From NCBI RefSeq assembly GCF_006345805.1, contig NC_043010.1:44268001-44332000 (forward strand): DNA of 64,000 nt, read 5' to 3'. A model generated the notes under the pieces. It made no database searches. It was not told the DNA's origin and saw nothing but the letters and a program-made list of their open reading frames with translations. Source of the DNA: Octopus sinensis. Taxonomy: Eukaryota. This document shows, in pieces, positions 1-11,999 of the stretch (positions within the stretch are counted from its first letter, which is position 1; every line of letters starts with the position of its first letter). The position numbers and the translations under genes are program-made.

Positions 1-932
1 AAAGTTAGATTAAAGCTGATGATGAAGTTTCAATCCCTTGAGAAACCATTCTTTACTACATCTGAACATTAAAGAGTATGAAGGTTCAAAACTTTCCAGC
101 ATCCATATTACTAACTTCAAATCTGAGATCATACAAAACAGTTTATAATATTTCAAAGCATACTTCAAGGACAATTGTAACAAGAAACAGGCTACGCTCT
201 TCTTTATAGAATATAGGAAGTCAACTCTAAGCGACAGAAAATAGTAAATGGAGAACTAAAGAGATACAGGAAAAGAGTATAGTTAAGGAAACATATGGAA
301 AGTAGTTGTAAGAGAGATGTTTGTATGGGAAATTGTTTGTGTGTCCTTTCTGAGATGGTAGGGTAAGGTTTGACGGAGACTTGTTTGCTATTCTGAGCAA
401 GCTGAGTGACCAAGTAGAGGCTCCCTATATTTTGTACAGTAAGTTATACTAATTGTATTGTATATTATATAGCACAATCTTTTGTTATTCCAGATTTAAA
501 ATATCTGTAAACACTGCTGCTCTTAGTGGTGATCAACATAAATTTCTAACATATATGTAGAATTCTAGTTTCTATGTGTTTAAAAAATACTTAAAGACTG
601 AAATAGAATAAGTGAATATTAAGAATACAGGTAATATATGATTGACAAGTGTTTTGTTAACTTGTAGCTTTATGGTTGGATCAATCCATGGAAAATAAGA
701 AACAACTCTTTGATAGTATTCCAGGTTATTGGATACAATTATTTTCAGTTAGAATGGTCCAGGCTGATGCTATACTAATAACTTTGGAATTGAGTATATG
801 AGTCTGTAGACCAGCGCTATCATTTGTCAAGCAACATACTACTTGATGAAAAATATTTTCAGAATGACTTTTGTTAATTATTATCATATATAAATTGGGA
901 TGTAAGCCTATTTTTATAGGTTAAAAAAAAAT

Positions 933-1250
933 GAGGCTGTGCGGTGAGAAGCTTGCTTCCCAACCACATGGTTCCGAGTTCAGTCCCACTGTGTAGCACC
1001 TTGGGCAAGTGTCTTCTACTATAGACTCAGGCTGACCAAAACGTTGTGAGTGGATTTGGTATATATACACACACACACACACATATATATATATGCGCTG
1101 GTGTGTTTACATCCCTGTAACTTAGACTGAGAACATGAGTACTAGGCTTTACAGAATAAGTCCTGGGGTCGATTTATTTGACTAAAACCCTTCAAGGCAG
1201 TGTCCCAGCATGGCCACAGTTTAATGACTGAAACAAGTTAAAAATAAAAA
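933..1250 (+). mobile_element. tRNA-derived SINE, family A
   Basis: tRNA-like head (gctgtgcggtgagaagcttgcttcccaaccacatggttccgagttcagtccc), internal CA/TA tract, tail catggccacagtttaatgactgaaacaag; homologous copies at 9733-10090, 44276-44660, 57040-57412. Confidence 0.8.
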
Positions 1251-1522
1251 AGATAGCAAGAAAATAGCAATAATAAAAAGTGTCATACATTAAGCTATAA
1301 TTTTCTACACTAACCAGAATCTCACCTTTTCCTTCTGTTTCTACAAAAGTCTGCCTCATTAGGTTTTTTTCTGTTCCAGTACAAAGTCTACTCACTATAT
1401 CAAATTTTCTATTTCCTCCCATTTCTCTGTAAAACATTTGTAAATTTTTTTTTAAGTTATTCCTCAAAAGTTGCACTGTTCTGCAAGTTCTTTTCTATTC
1501 AAGTATTTTCCAGACCACTTAC

Positions 1523-1567
1523 CTCCAAATCTAGTAACAAATGCTACACTTGACCAATTTCTGTTTC
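1523..1567 (-). other. candidate 45-nt exon of an unidentified minus-strand gene
   Basis: cattttacttgtattag| acceptor and GAG|GTAAGT donor; only one frame open (NRNWSSVAFVTRFG); no homology recognised. Confidence 0.25.
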
Positions 1568-2991
1568 CTAATACAAGTAAAATGTTATGACATGTAAGAA
1601 ATGATTACTACATATAACTATAGCAGCCACCTAGACAGACTATCAAAACAATCCTCTAAAGTAAATACTAGCAGAGTTATTCTCACAGACAGTAAACTCA
1701 CAAGACTATAGTTAAGTGAGTCATCACGATGGTAAATGTCAGAATTAGTTAACTGACTAATAGCCAATATATACCTCAATATTCATAAGGCAATTCTCAG
1801 GTGGAATTCAGCAAGGCTGAACTTTTGAACTGCGGATACAATACAATCTAACTGAAGGATATCCAAACAGTTTCTGTTTACCTTATTTCATTAATAAACT
1901 GGAGGCTATGGTAAATAACACCAGCCCAAGATACCTTGCAGTGGTTATGATCTTGTGGTTATGAAGTGAACTTCTTAGCTTATTACGAAACTGACCAAGA
2001 TTGACCCCACCCCATACCCAAGTTTATTTAGGGCAATTAAAAGCAAAATAGAACAAGGAAATGAGAAAATTATAGAATCAAATCTCTTCAAATTGGCAAA
2101 ATCTGACTAAAGTAAAAATATAGTCTTGATAAATGTTATTAGACATAATGAAGGATAAGTTGTAAGTGAGACTGTGTTCAAATACAGCTACTGACATTTT
2201 GTACCATTAAGTACAATACATAGCTTTGCACCTGGTAGTAAAGTACATACAACTCTCACTTCATTGTTGTGTGGTTAACATTTATTATAGATGTCTAATA
2301 TTTTGTTGAATCACACAGAAGGTTCGAGAATAAAAAAAGGAAGAAGACAACAAAATGTTAAAAGGAAATGTTAGAAGAAACTGAAATGTCATGTTTCTAC
2401 AGGATATTCTCATTTAAATTTAGAATAGAAAACAAGCAAAAACAGAAGAAAAAGGGAAAAAAAAAAAAAGATTTGCACAGTTGGATAGTCTTGGCAAATT
2501 TTGCAAACAAAATATAGAGACACAAAATATTTGGATATTTTAACATCGGTGTAAAAATAGAAATAAAATGAATATGCTTAAGAAAGTGAGTAAACTATTT
2601 TTATAAAAATTCAACATTTATTATTATATAATATCATACATACTTAATGTTTCTATGCTGCCATTTCTAACAAATTTATTTTTGACCTTTCCCAACAACA
2701 ATTATTTTATATTTTCCTAATTTATAAAACATAATTTTTAGATACTTCGTAATTATAAAATCGATGTTCACAGAGACAAAATATGCTGCAATGCACAGTC
2801 TATTGAACCATGGGACTGGTTTGTAAGCTTCTGTCCATGGAATCTCTAAATACACCATGTTAATCATACTATTATTAGATTTCTTTTTAGAATGTTTTTA
2901 ATTTTGAAATAATATAATGTCCATTTTTGAAGGAATACATAATGGCTGTGTAAAAATAATTGATTATTTTTTTATACTATTACATGTACAA

Positions 2992-3058
<67 letters not shown>

Positions 3059-4953
3059 AAGAGAGAAATAAATGAATATAATCTATATAAAGATATTCTA
3101 TTCAAAGAACATACATAATGCATATAGTATGAATGAATTTCTAATTATAAGTACTGAATTTATGTAACTATTGCTCGGTTGCTCGAATAGAGTTTTATGA
3201 AATATCCACTCAAATAACTTGACCATAAAATTAGCCAGCATCAAATCATAAACTGGTAACATACAGATATGAGTTTCTTACAACCAAATTAGCAATAATC
3301 ACTTTCAAGAGAAAGGAAAACAAATTCACTAATGATGACATTATTCATCAGAATAGTGAAGAATTAAAATTATTGAATGAGTTAGCAGAATGGAAACCGG
3401 AAAATGGAGAGGAATAAGAGAACAAGGAATATTAAAAATTAATAATAAATGTCAGGTACTTTTATTAAGTCTGAAAAAGATGATTCGAGCAAATGCACAC
3501 ATACTCACATATATAATATTAAAAAAAAAAAAAAGAAAAGAAAAGAAAACTAGTGTTTGAGGAAAGATAAAAAATTAACAAGAGCAGAACTGACAAACAG
3601 ATTTTGATTCAAATGAAATCAAAAGAAACATCCAATATCTGAATAAAGGTGTTGTATAAATAAAAAAAAATAGTGAAATCACCAAATCATAATTAGATTT
3701 GAAATGGAAAGAGAAAAACGAGGAAGAGGGAGTGGGGAGAAAGGTAGAGAAAATAAGCATAATAGGGGGTAAAGGAAGCATGAATAGGAAAACTGAAGCA
3801 GACACAAGTTCTCATGATGGACAGCACACTTTATTAACAATGTTGACCAGAAATGATAATATAAAACTTGACATATAATTAGATTGCTCCTTATAGATTA
3901 CTCACATTCCAGCATCAAATAGTGAGCTTAATCATATTATGTCATTGAGAAAGCAGAACTAAGCAGTAGACATGTCTGCCCAAAGAGGCATACTGTAAGA
4001 GTCACAACACCAATTCTGTAGTAATTATAGATGCATTGTGAGCTGGAAAACTGCAGACATTATTAATGACAACAACGACAACAACAACAGTGACTCAGTA
4101 ATGAGAGTTATAACAAAAAAGAAAAGAATACCAAGTGATAACAGTAACAATAGTTACAGCAACATAACATTTGAGGATCTACTCATACTTACGTCATAGA
4201 CCCCCAAATTTCATGTTGGTCCTTATTATACTAGCTTTATATATGTATGTGTATCGTTATGCATGTTTGGGCATGTGTATATGTGTTTTCAGGAGTATGA
4301 ATGTGTATACACTCTAAATGTATTTATATTTCCTCTATTAAAAGAGTAAATCAATCATAGAAAGGTATTCTATGCAGGTGAGAATTTACTAGGTAATTAA
4401 CAGGTAAGAACCCCACTCTCAGCTATATCAGTATGAAGGTAGGGAGAAAATATTTTCATTTCAGATTAGGTTAAAATTTTTAAAACATACAAAGAATAAA
4501 AAAAAAAAAAATTTTTTTAATCAGTCGCAGACTTAGTTGCTGGGCACTACCAGGGTGTGAACAATATTAAATGGTGTAGACAAAATATGAGAGGTAGGGG
4601 TTATACGACATATGAATATGGTGATATAAATTATGAAACGGTAGATCTATACATATGCTCAGAAAGATAAGACAGGACACAAACATAAATTATAATTTCT
4701 CTCTCTCTCTCTCACACCCACCCACACACATATACACATACACGGATGACATTGTGGTATATTTAACACACGAAACAATAAAGCTACAACCATATTCACT
4801 TGCCCCCACACAAAGAGACACAGAAGTGTGTACATAGCGATGAATGTATCCACTCACTCGCATCTCCAACCGAAAAACCATACAAATATATAAGCATACA
4901 TTTCTTTGTATTTTTTGTATTTGTCTCTTGCTGCATCCACAACCAACAAAGGT

Positions 4954-5000
<47 letters not shown>

Positions 5001-5123
5001 CACTGAACTTGAATTGTCAAAGCACACACATACACATATACACACACACATGACATTTATATAATATGCAACAAAATAATTCTAAAGAAGCATCCAAGGT
5101 TGAAGATGAGGATTAGCTCCTAC

Positions 5124-5900
5124 CTGCACTGCTGTGGGAGGAAGATCGAAGTCATACCAGCAACAATGGACACAGATGAGTGATTAAAGTCCAAACAAGG
5201 AAAGGAATGGGCTTCTTCTATCAGTAAGTCATTTATGTCAGTCGCCCAGCTTCCCGGATTAATAATCTACTTCAAATATGGATGAGTGGAACAAAAAAAG
5301 AAAGACTTTTTTTAGACCGAAAAACAATTTCAAGGTGTTGGTTTGTTGGCTTCGTTGTTGTTGTTTGATTTGCTTGTTTTTCTTTTTGAATAAGAAAAGA
5401 GAGGGTTTGTTTTTCCCTTTTGTAATGTATTATTGTTGTTGTAATTATTGTCTTTGTAGTTCTTTCACCTTGCAAAAAACAAAAGCAGGAAAATTCGACG
5501 TGGCTAAGCTCCTACTGTCAACACTGTCACTGTTGTCATTCGATGAAAATCAATCGGTCTTTGATGTTCAATGTGATGGCAACAAAGAAAGGAGAGAGGA
5601 AAGGAAAAGAAGTGACACAGCAGCAGCGGGCGAGACGTGCCGGACACTGCGGGTCCTTCTCACACTGCCCAGTGGAATCACTGTCAAAGAGAAAATGCAA
5701 CTGACAGCAGCAGCAGAAGGAAGAGGAGAGGGAGAAAGGACAGGAAAGGAGAAAAGAGAGGAAGGAGTTGGAGAGAGAGGGAGAGGATTGTTAGCTGCAG
5801 TCAATGCAGAAGCAGAACCGAGAGCGAGGCCATGTAACAGATAGAAACAGTTATTTCCTATGATATACAACTTTAGAGAAATTATGCATGCACTCTCTCT
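5124..5900 (-). promoter_or_regulatory. candidate first exon / 5' region of a minus-strand gene
   Basis: locally CpG-retaining, flanked by CA/GA tracts; ends in CAG|GTAGGA donor at 5124/5123; in-frame ATG at 5155 gives MTSIFLPQQC. Confidence 0.35.
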
Positions 5901-6303
5901 CTCTTTCCCTCTCTCATGTGTGTGAGAGAGAGGGTGTGAAACAATGCATATCTTATACACACACACACACACGCACAAGTGCTTCAAAGAGAAGCAAATG
6001 CTAAGCAGGCACACAATAGCTTGCCTTACTGATTGGAACAATTTCAACCGAAGAAGATCAATAATAAAGCAGAGAATAGAAAAGAGGAAAATAATTGAAT
6101 GAAAGAAAGAGAGGAGGAGGAGAGTAGTGGAAAGGGCAAAACATTTGCAAAAGGGAAAAGATAGAGAGATAGAAAGGTTAAGAAGAGGTGTGAAGAAAGT
6201 GAGATGACAAATGAATGGAGGTGAATATAAAGAAAAAAAAAAGAAAAACCTTTAAAAAATCAGTAAAGAAAGTAAAAATGGGAAAAAATGTGAAGAAAAC
6301 AAA

Positions 6304-6427
6304 TCATCATCATCATCGTTTAATGTCCGTTTTCCATGCTAGCATCAGTTTGACCGGGGTCTGGGAAGCTAAGAGGCTGTGCCAGGCTCAGTCTGATCTG
6401 GCAGTGTTTCTACAGCTGGATGCCCTA
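6304..6427 (-). mobile_element. RTE LINE 3'-terminal fragment
   Basis: matches the RTE 3' end seen at 13.2 kb and 33.0-33.17 kb, ending in (GAT)n on the minus strand. Confidence 0.8.
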
Positions 6428-6624
6428 TAATCCTTTCTACTGAGGGCACAAGGCCTGAATTTTGTGGGGAGGGAACTAGTCCATTACACTGACCCCAGTG
6501 TTTCACTGGTACTTAATTTATCGACCCAGAAAGGATGAAAGGCACAGTCGACCTTGGTGGAATTTGAACTCAGAATGTAAAGATGGACAAAATGCTACTT
6601 AAGTATTTTTCCCAGCATGCTGCC
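6428..6624 (-). mobile_element. tRNA-derived SINE, family B
   Basis: reverse complement of the family B body (ttctgagttcaaattcc...ctttcatcctttc...aagtaccag) seen at 29521, 49030, 49262, 49970. Confidence 0.8.
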
Positions 6625-7267
6625 ATAATATTAATAATAATAATAAATTATGTGCAGTGAAACTGAACCCAAGACCACATAGTTGGGAAGCAAGCTTCTA
6701 AACCACAGAAGGAAGGGCAGTGCCCATGACCTTTTAGAAAACCTTCAAAATTGGTGAAGGAGAAGGAGGAAAGAATCCTCTAAAAGCCAAGTAGGTAAAA
6801 TGAAATTTGAATAAAGAACTCAATGAGCTGGAACAAATATTGCAAGGCATCTCATCCAATGCTCTAATGTTTCTTCAGTTTATTGTCCTACACTGGTACT
6901 TAATTTCTTAACCATGAAAAGACAAAAGGTAAAGTTGGCTTCAGTGGGTTTTAAACTTATAACACAAGGTGCCAGAATAAATACCTCAAAGCATTTCAAC
7001 CAATGCTCAAATAATGGCTAATTCACCACCCATTTACTTATTGATAACGTATATGTGTGTTTATTAGTATATCATTGTATATGCATGTTGTATTATAAAT
7101 ATCTGTATATATGTGTATATTATTACTGATTTGACTCAGGTTTGGTCTTATTCCTAGTAAGATTTATGTGGGTAGCAGGTTACTACCTGTAACCTTAGGT
7201 ATCCACCAGCTTTCAATACTCTATTATTGTTATTCACTTAACTGATTTATCTATGGCTATGTCACTT

Positions 7268-7600
7268 CTAAGCTCCATCCTGCAGTGCTTTCCTCAACGC
7301 ATGATCTTTTCCAAATATCGTTGCCATCTGAAAACTTCCTAAGTTCGTCATTTACAGCTTTCGTTGCCAGAATATTGCTCCTTTTGAGATGGTTCTAAGT
7401 GTGCTGATCAGAATAAGTACTACACTCACTTTTGAGGCTCTATGGATTCTTTTCACTTCCAATTCTGGTACTTCCTGACTTCTGTGTCCTCTGTTTTAAC
7501 AATATTTTAGTCTGTAGGTATAGCTACATCAATGCAGGTCCATTCTTTGGACATTGTCAGAAGGAGGGTGATATCTGGTTGTTAGTGAAGACAATGTATG
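7268..7600 (-). pseudogene. degenerate C-terminal restriction-like endonuclease of an R4/Dong-like non-LTR retrotransposon
   Basis: minus strand reads QPDITLLLTMSKEWTCIDVAIPTD*NIVKTEDTEVRKY, then after a frameshift EVKRIHRASKVSVVLILISTLRTISK...FQMATIFGKDHALRKAL; PD..D..KY pattern. Confidence 0.7.
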
Positions 7601-7680
7601 AGTGTTCAGCTTTTATGCTGAATGACCTGCACAAATGATTTGTTTAGAGTGATCAAATGTATGTGCTATACATTAGTTCA

Positions 7681-7862
7681 CTCCCTCCATCAAATCGAAG
7701 TTGCCTGAGCAGGTGCACCGTGTACCACTAGTCAGATGTCGAGTTGATCACAGAGTGACACGAGATGAAGTGTTTTGCTCCAGAACACAAAACACCACCT
7801 GATCTAGGGACTGAGACCATTATCTTGCTATTATGAGTACAACACCATAACCACTAGGTCAT
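7681..7862 (-). mobile_element. tRNA-derived SINE (another family)
   Basis: minus strand starts catgacctagtggttatggtgttgtactca (A-box-like), followed by gagcaaaacacttcatctc body. Confidence 0.65.
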
Positions 7863-8394
7863 GTAACCTAACGCTATTATTATTATTTTGTTGAAGAAAT
7901 TTGTGAAAATAGGTTAAAACTTAAGAAACATTTTTTTTAACAATCTGAACAGCTTAGATACAAAAATAGCAATAATTATGATTTCTTTATTCAATTTTAA
8001 TAATGATGATCAGTAACAATCAAAATAATAATAAAGCATTAAAATCTAAATCAAATTATTTGAAAAGACATTTATAATTTCTTACATTTAACTCTTTGTC
8101 TGCTCAAAGCATTTTCTTAAGTTTGTCCTAAACAACCATATCTGACTATTAGTTAACCCTTGTTTTATGTCCTTGGTAATATAAAACTTGCCTTTCATAC
8201 GTCCTAAATTATTCAGGTGGTTGAAAAAAAATTTGGAATGTGTATCATATATGATGCATGGACATCAGGAAAATGTATCCTGTGTATCACATATGATACA
8301 CAAGATAGACAAAGATTAATATAATGCCACATGCACAGACTTATAATGAAAAGAATTAGTTGACTGAATCAGCCTCAGTGCATGACTGTCTAAT

Positions 8395-8524
8395 TAACCT
8401 TACAATGTCATTCTAAAAATTGATAGTTACCTCATCAAAATCTCATATGTACAAGATAATGCATGATTAATTCAAAGCAACGAGAATAAATAAACACGGC
8501 ATTTGACAGATGCCAACGGGTTAA
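8395..8524. mobile_element. partial piggyBac-like MITE
   Basis: shares acaatgtcattctaaaaat...agataatgcatgattaatt...catttgacag with 39558, 43949, 54999; ends gggttaa. Confidence 0.6.
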
Positions 8525-9057
8525 GTGTTCATTTCTTTCTGGGAAACCTTTTAATTGATTTATTTTCATACAGGGAACCTACGTGTTCCAACTAACAGAG
8601 TTAAGCTCAGTCATAAATCTCCCCACTCCAATTCCATATACAATCCTACAAGTTTTAAAAGATGATAAAAATAAATCTAATCATTTTTTTTTTAACAAAG
8701 GGACACCTAAAGTCATTATTTGGCCAAATGATACCCACTGCCATAGATTCTGCCAGAGACTTAGCTAGATTACATTTTTGGTGTTTAAAGAAACTAAAGT
8801 GGCACAACCCCTCTATTAGCAGCTTTTATCCACTTCAGTGAGAAGGCTTGGAAAATTAACCCTATTACTTGATTTGTATTTTGTTTATCTCCTCCAAAAA
8901 GGACCACAGGTTAAAGTTAACCTTAGTGGCATTTGAACTTAGAGCACAGAGAGGCAGAACTAATACCGCAAGACATTGCACCTGTTATCCTAATAACCTT
9001 TGCCCGTTCACCATTTATCTGATCAATGAAATAACATTCATCAGAAACAGTTTTCAC

Positions 9058-9159
9058 CTTAAATGATTCATAGACTTGCTGCATCTGCAGCAACATCAAT
9101 ATCCATGATTGCAGCAACGGAAGTAATAATTTTGGACAACTGTTATTTGAGTCCACATG
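9058..9159 (-). other. candidate 102-nt exon
   Basis: ctttcttctatttatag| acceptor, AAG|GTGAAA donor, one open frame HVDSNNSCPKLLLPLLQSWILMLLQMQQVYESFK. Confidence 0.25.
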
Positions 9160-9174
9160 CTATAAATAGAAGAA

Positions 9175-9545
9175 AGTGGTCGTGTGGTAAGAAGATTGCC
9201 TCTCAACTACATGACCTTGGGTTCAGTTCTACAGTGTGGAACTTCAGGCATATGTCTTTGCTTCATGAAAATTAAAGGAAGCCCATCATATATGTACTTG
9301 TGTGTGGTTGTGTTGTTACTGTCTCCTTTCTTTGACATAGCATAATTGTTGTGAGTATCACTGTCATGCAAGCAGTGTTCTTTGTTTTCAATCTTCTGAC
9401 AGATGGTTGATTACGGGGAAAACACTTTACTTGAAAACAGGTGAGGGTTGACAACAAGAGCATTTAGCCATAGAAAATCTTCCTCAACAAATCCCATCTG
9501 ATCCACATCAGCAGAGAATGTGAATGTTAAACTATGATAATGAAG
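9175..9545 (+). mobile_element. SINE family C (family-A-like head, RTE-like 3' tail)
   Basis: head like family A; tail gagggttgacaacaagagcatttagccatagaaaatc...gttaaactatgataatga resembles the RTE 3' end; second copy 49512-49940 (-). Confidence 0.65.
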
Positions 9546-9732
9546 GGATTTATTCTATTTGATATAAAAGTAGTGTTTCTTTCTCTGGGATTTTATTTTA
9601 TGTGATGTAAGCAGAAAGGGAATAAAGAAAAATATCATCAATAATAATTTAGATCTGAGGTTAGACATTGATGACTATAGATGTGAGAGAGTTAATTGTG
9701 AATAGCTTTTCTTTTCTCTTTCTCTCTTTTAT

Positions 9733-10090
9733 TCTTTTACTTGAATCAGTCATTTGACTGTGGCTATGCTGGAGAGCCACCTTAAAGGGTTTTAGTTGAA
9801 GAAATAGACCCCAAGTCTTATTCTTTGTAAGTCTAGTACTAATTATATTGGTTTCTTTTGCCAAACCACAAAGTTACAGGAACATAAACACACCAGCATC
9901 AGTTGTCAAGCGATGATGAGGGGCAAATACAAACCCACGCACACACAAATATATATACATGACAGACTTCTTACAGTTTCTGTCTATCAAATCCACTCAC
10001 AAGGCTTAGGCCGGCCTGAAGCTATAGTAGAAGACTGAACCTGGAATCATGTGGTTGGTAAGCAAGATTTGTACCATACAGCCATGCTTG
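9733..10090 (-). mobile_element. SINE family A
   Basis: reverse complement of family A with an internal deletion near the head. Confidence 0.8.
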
Positions 10091-10237
10091 AGCCTATACT
10101 GTAAGAAATCAATCTATTCTTGATTGCCTTTTGAAAGTTCATGTTAGAAAGGTGTTGTTTAGTCTCCACTTAAACTCTGAAATAAAGAAGGCAGCCTGGT
10201 TGTAACCCCTCTCCAACACTTTCCCCCCTGACATGAA

Positions 10238-10560
10238 CTGGTACTCTGTCAGTTATGATGATGAGGGTTCCAGCTGATCCAATCCACAGAACAGCCTGCT
10301 CATGATATTAACATGCAATTGGTTGAATACTCTACAGATACCTGTACCCATAACATAGTTCTCAGGGAGATTCAGTGTGGCACAGAATGTGATGGGGATG
10401 ACTCTTTGAAACATAGGCACTACTCATTTTTACCAGATGAGTGAACTGCAGCAACATGAAATAAAAGAGTATTACTCAAGGACAACATACACTGCTGGGA
10501 ATCAAACTCCTGACCTTATGTTCATGAACCTAATATCCTAACCACTAAGCCATGCACCTT
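10238..10560 (-). mobile_element. tRNA-derived SINE family D
   Basis: head reads gcatggcttagtggttaggatattagg; body shared with 38117-38412. Confidence 0.75.
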
Positions 10561-10981
10561 CATTATCCTGACATAGTGTTATATAGGCCTATAATATCCA
10601 ATATGTACTTACTATTCTAAGATGGTAGAATATTAGTTGAAGGCAATTAAGCTCTTATTTCAAGTTGATTGACCAACATAAGAGAATGATTTTTCATATC
10701 AAAAGCAATGCAAAGATTAACTAACATCATCATTCCTAAAAGTTAATAGTAATGTTAATAATGAATCACTTAATGAAGTGTGCAAGAGAATTTTAATTAA
10801 TGAAGACCCTCACTGCAATAAGGGGAGGAAAACATAGATCAACATACAATTCTTATTGAAAAAGTTTCCAATTCACAATCAATTGAAATTAGAATTATGT
10901 ATGTGGTAAGGATAAAAACAACAAAACATTAGCACAAGAAATGATATTAAATTAATCTGATTTTTGATAAGCATGGCGACA

Positions 10982-11023
10982 ACTATGGACATGTTTTGCT
11001 CTTTTAGACCTCCTCAGCAAAGT
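10982..11023 (-). ncRNA. decayed minimal type-I hammerhead ribozyme motif (Penelope-like)
   Basis: minus strand actttg CTGAGGA ggtctaaaagagc AAAA CATGT C catagt: core, palindromic ACAUGU stem III and GUC triplet, but GAAA reads AAAA and stems I/II each have a mismatch. Confidence 0.4.
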
Positions 11024-11999
11024 GTAGTTTTCAACCTACTTACCAGATCAGTAATAATAAAATTAACATATGCAGCACATGGATTAACATAACAGTATAA
11101 CATAATGAGTGAGGAAAATTGCCTAGGGATGTCATGTGTACAGAATACAATTAGTTAAGTCAGTATTAAGACTTCTCACAGCAAAGAGAGGAAAGCATTA
11201 GCTCAAAGCTTAAATCTGTTTGAGACAGCATGTATAACATCTTCAAAACCTAAAGTAATCAAAATGTTTCAAAATTAGACTAGAATTGATTGGAGTTGTC
11301 AATATGTTTGCAAAATATCAGTGTTTGTGCTAATGTTTGTTATTCCTTCCTTCACAGCATGAGTAATTCTTATGCTGAAAAATATTTGATAAACATTTAT
11401 CCATTCACATACACATATATTAAGATGAATGTGGTTATATGCTGCTGTTAACTACTGAACCTTCCGTGCTCATTTATGTAGTATCACCATCTGTTAGTTG
11501 ATATAGGTAGAAATTGTTCTCCAGCAGAGATATGCCACCTGTTATGACAGGGACCTGACACTATAAGTAACTCCTTGACAGGCTGCTGGGAAGTCTTCCC
11601 ATGGCCACCAGCTTCAAGCTGGGCTACTTCGAAGAAATCAAAGTAGGGATTAGCAACAGCCGTGGGCTGCTGTTTGTTCTTCCCTTCTGCTCACAACTGG
11701 AGATCCAGTAAAGGTAAATTGAATAACCTCTACCAATCAAAATAATAATTTAAAAAATTTTTCTGTTCTGTTTATTGCATTAATTCTCAACCATTTTTGG
11801 TTTACACCCAAGTGGATGGAAAGAAGTCATCTTCAATCTGGAGACCTGGCTTCAAAGTTAACAGCAGGAAGAACTCTACTAAAGAAATCCAAGGACCAAA
11901 TACTGGAATTAAACAGAAACTCTGCCTGTAAGATACCACCTTACAAGAGTTCAAGCTGAACATCATCGACTACACATGTTTTGATAGTGTGGGAGTGTC

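Noticed and set aside
5278-5844. 188-aa plus-strand ORF
   Set aside because: Low-complexity translation of TG/GA/CAG tracts, no domain; more likely antisense to a 5' leader
11800-11995. Protein-like frame FTPKWMERSHLQSG... as a host exon
   Set aside because: Ends in IIDYTCFDSV, resembling the RT motif FIDYxKAFDSV; more likely an old LINE remnant, too decayed to call
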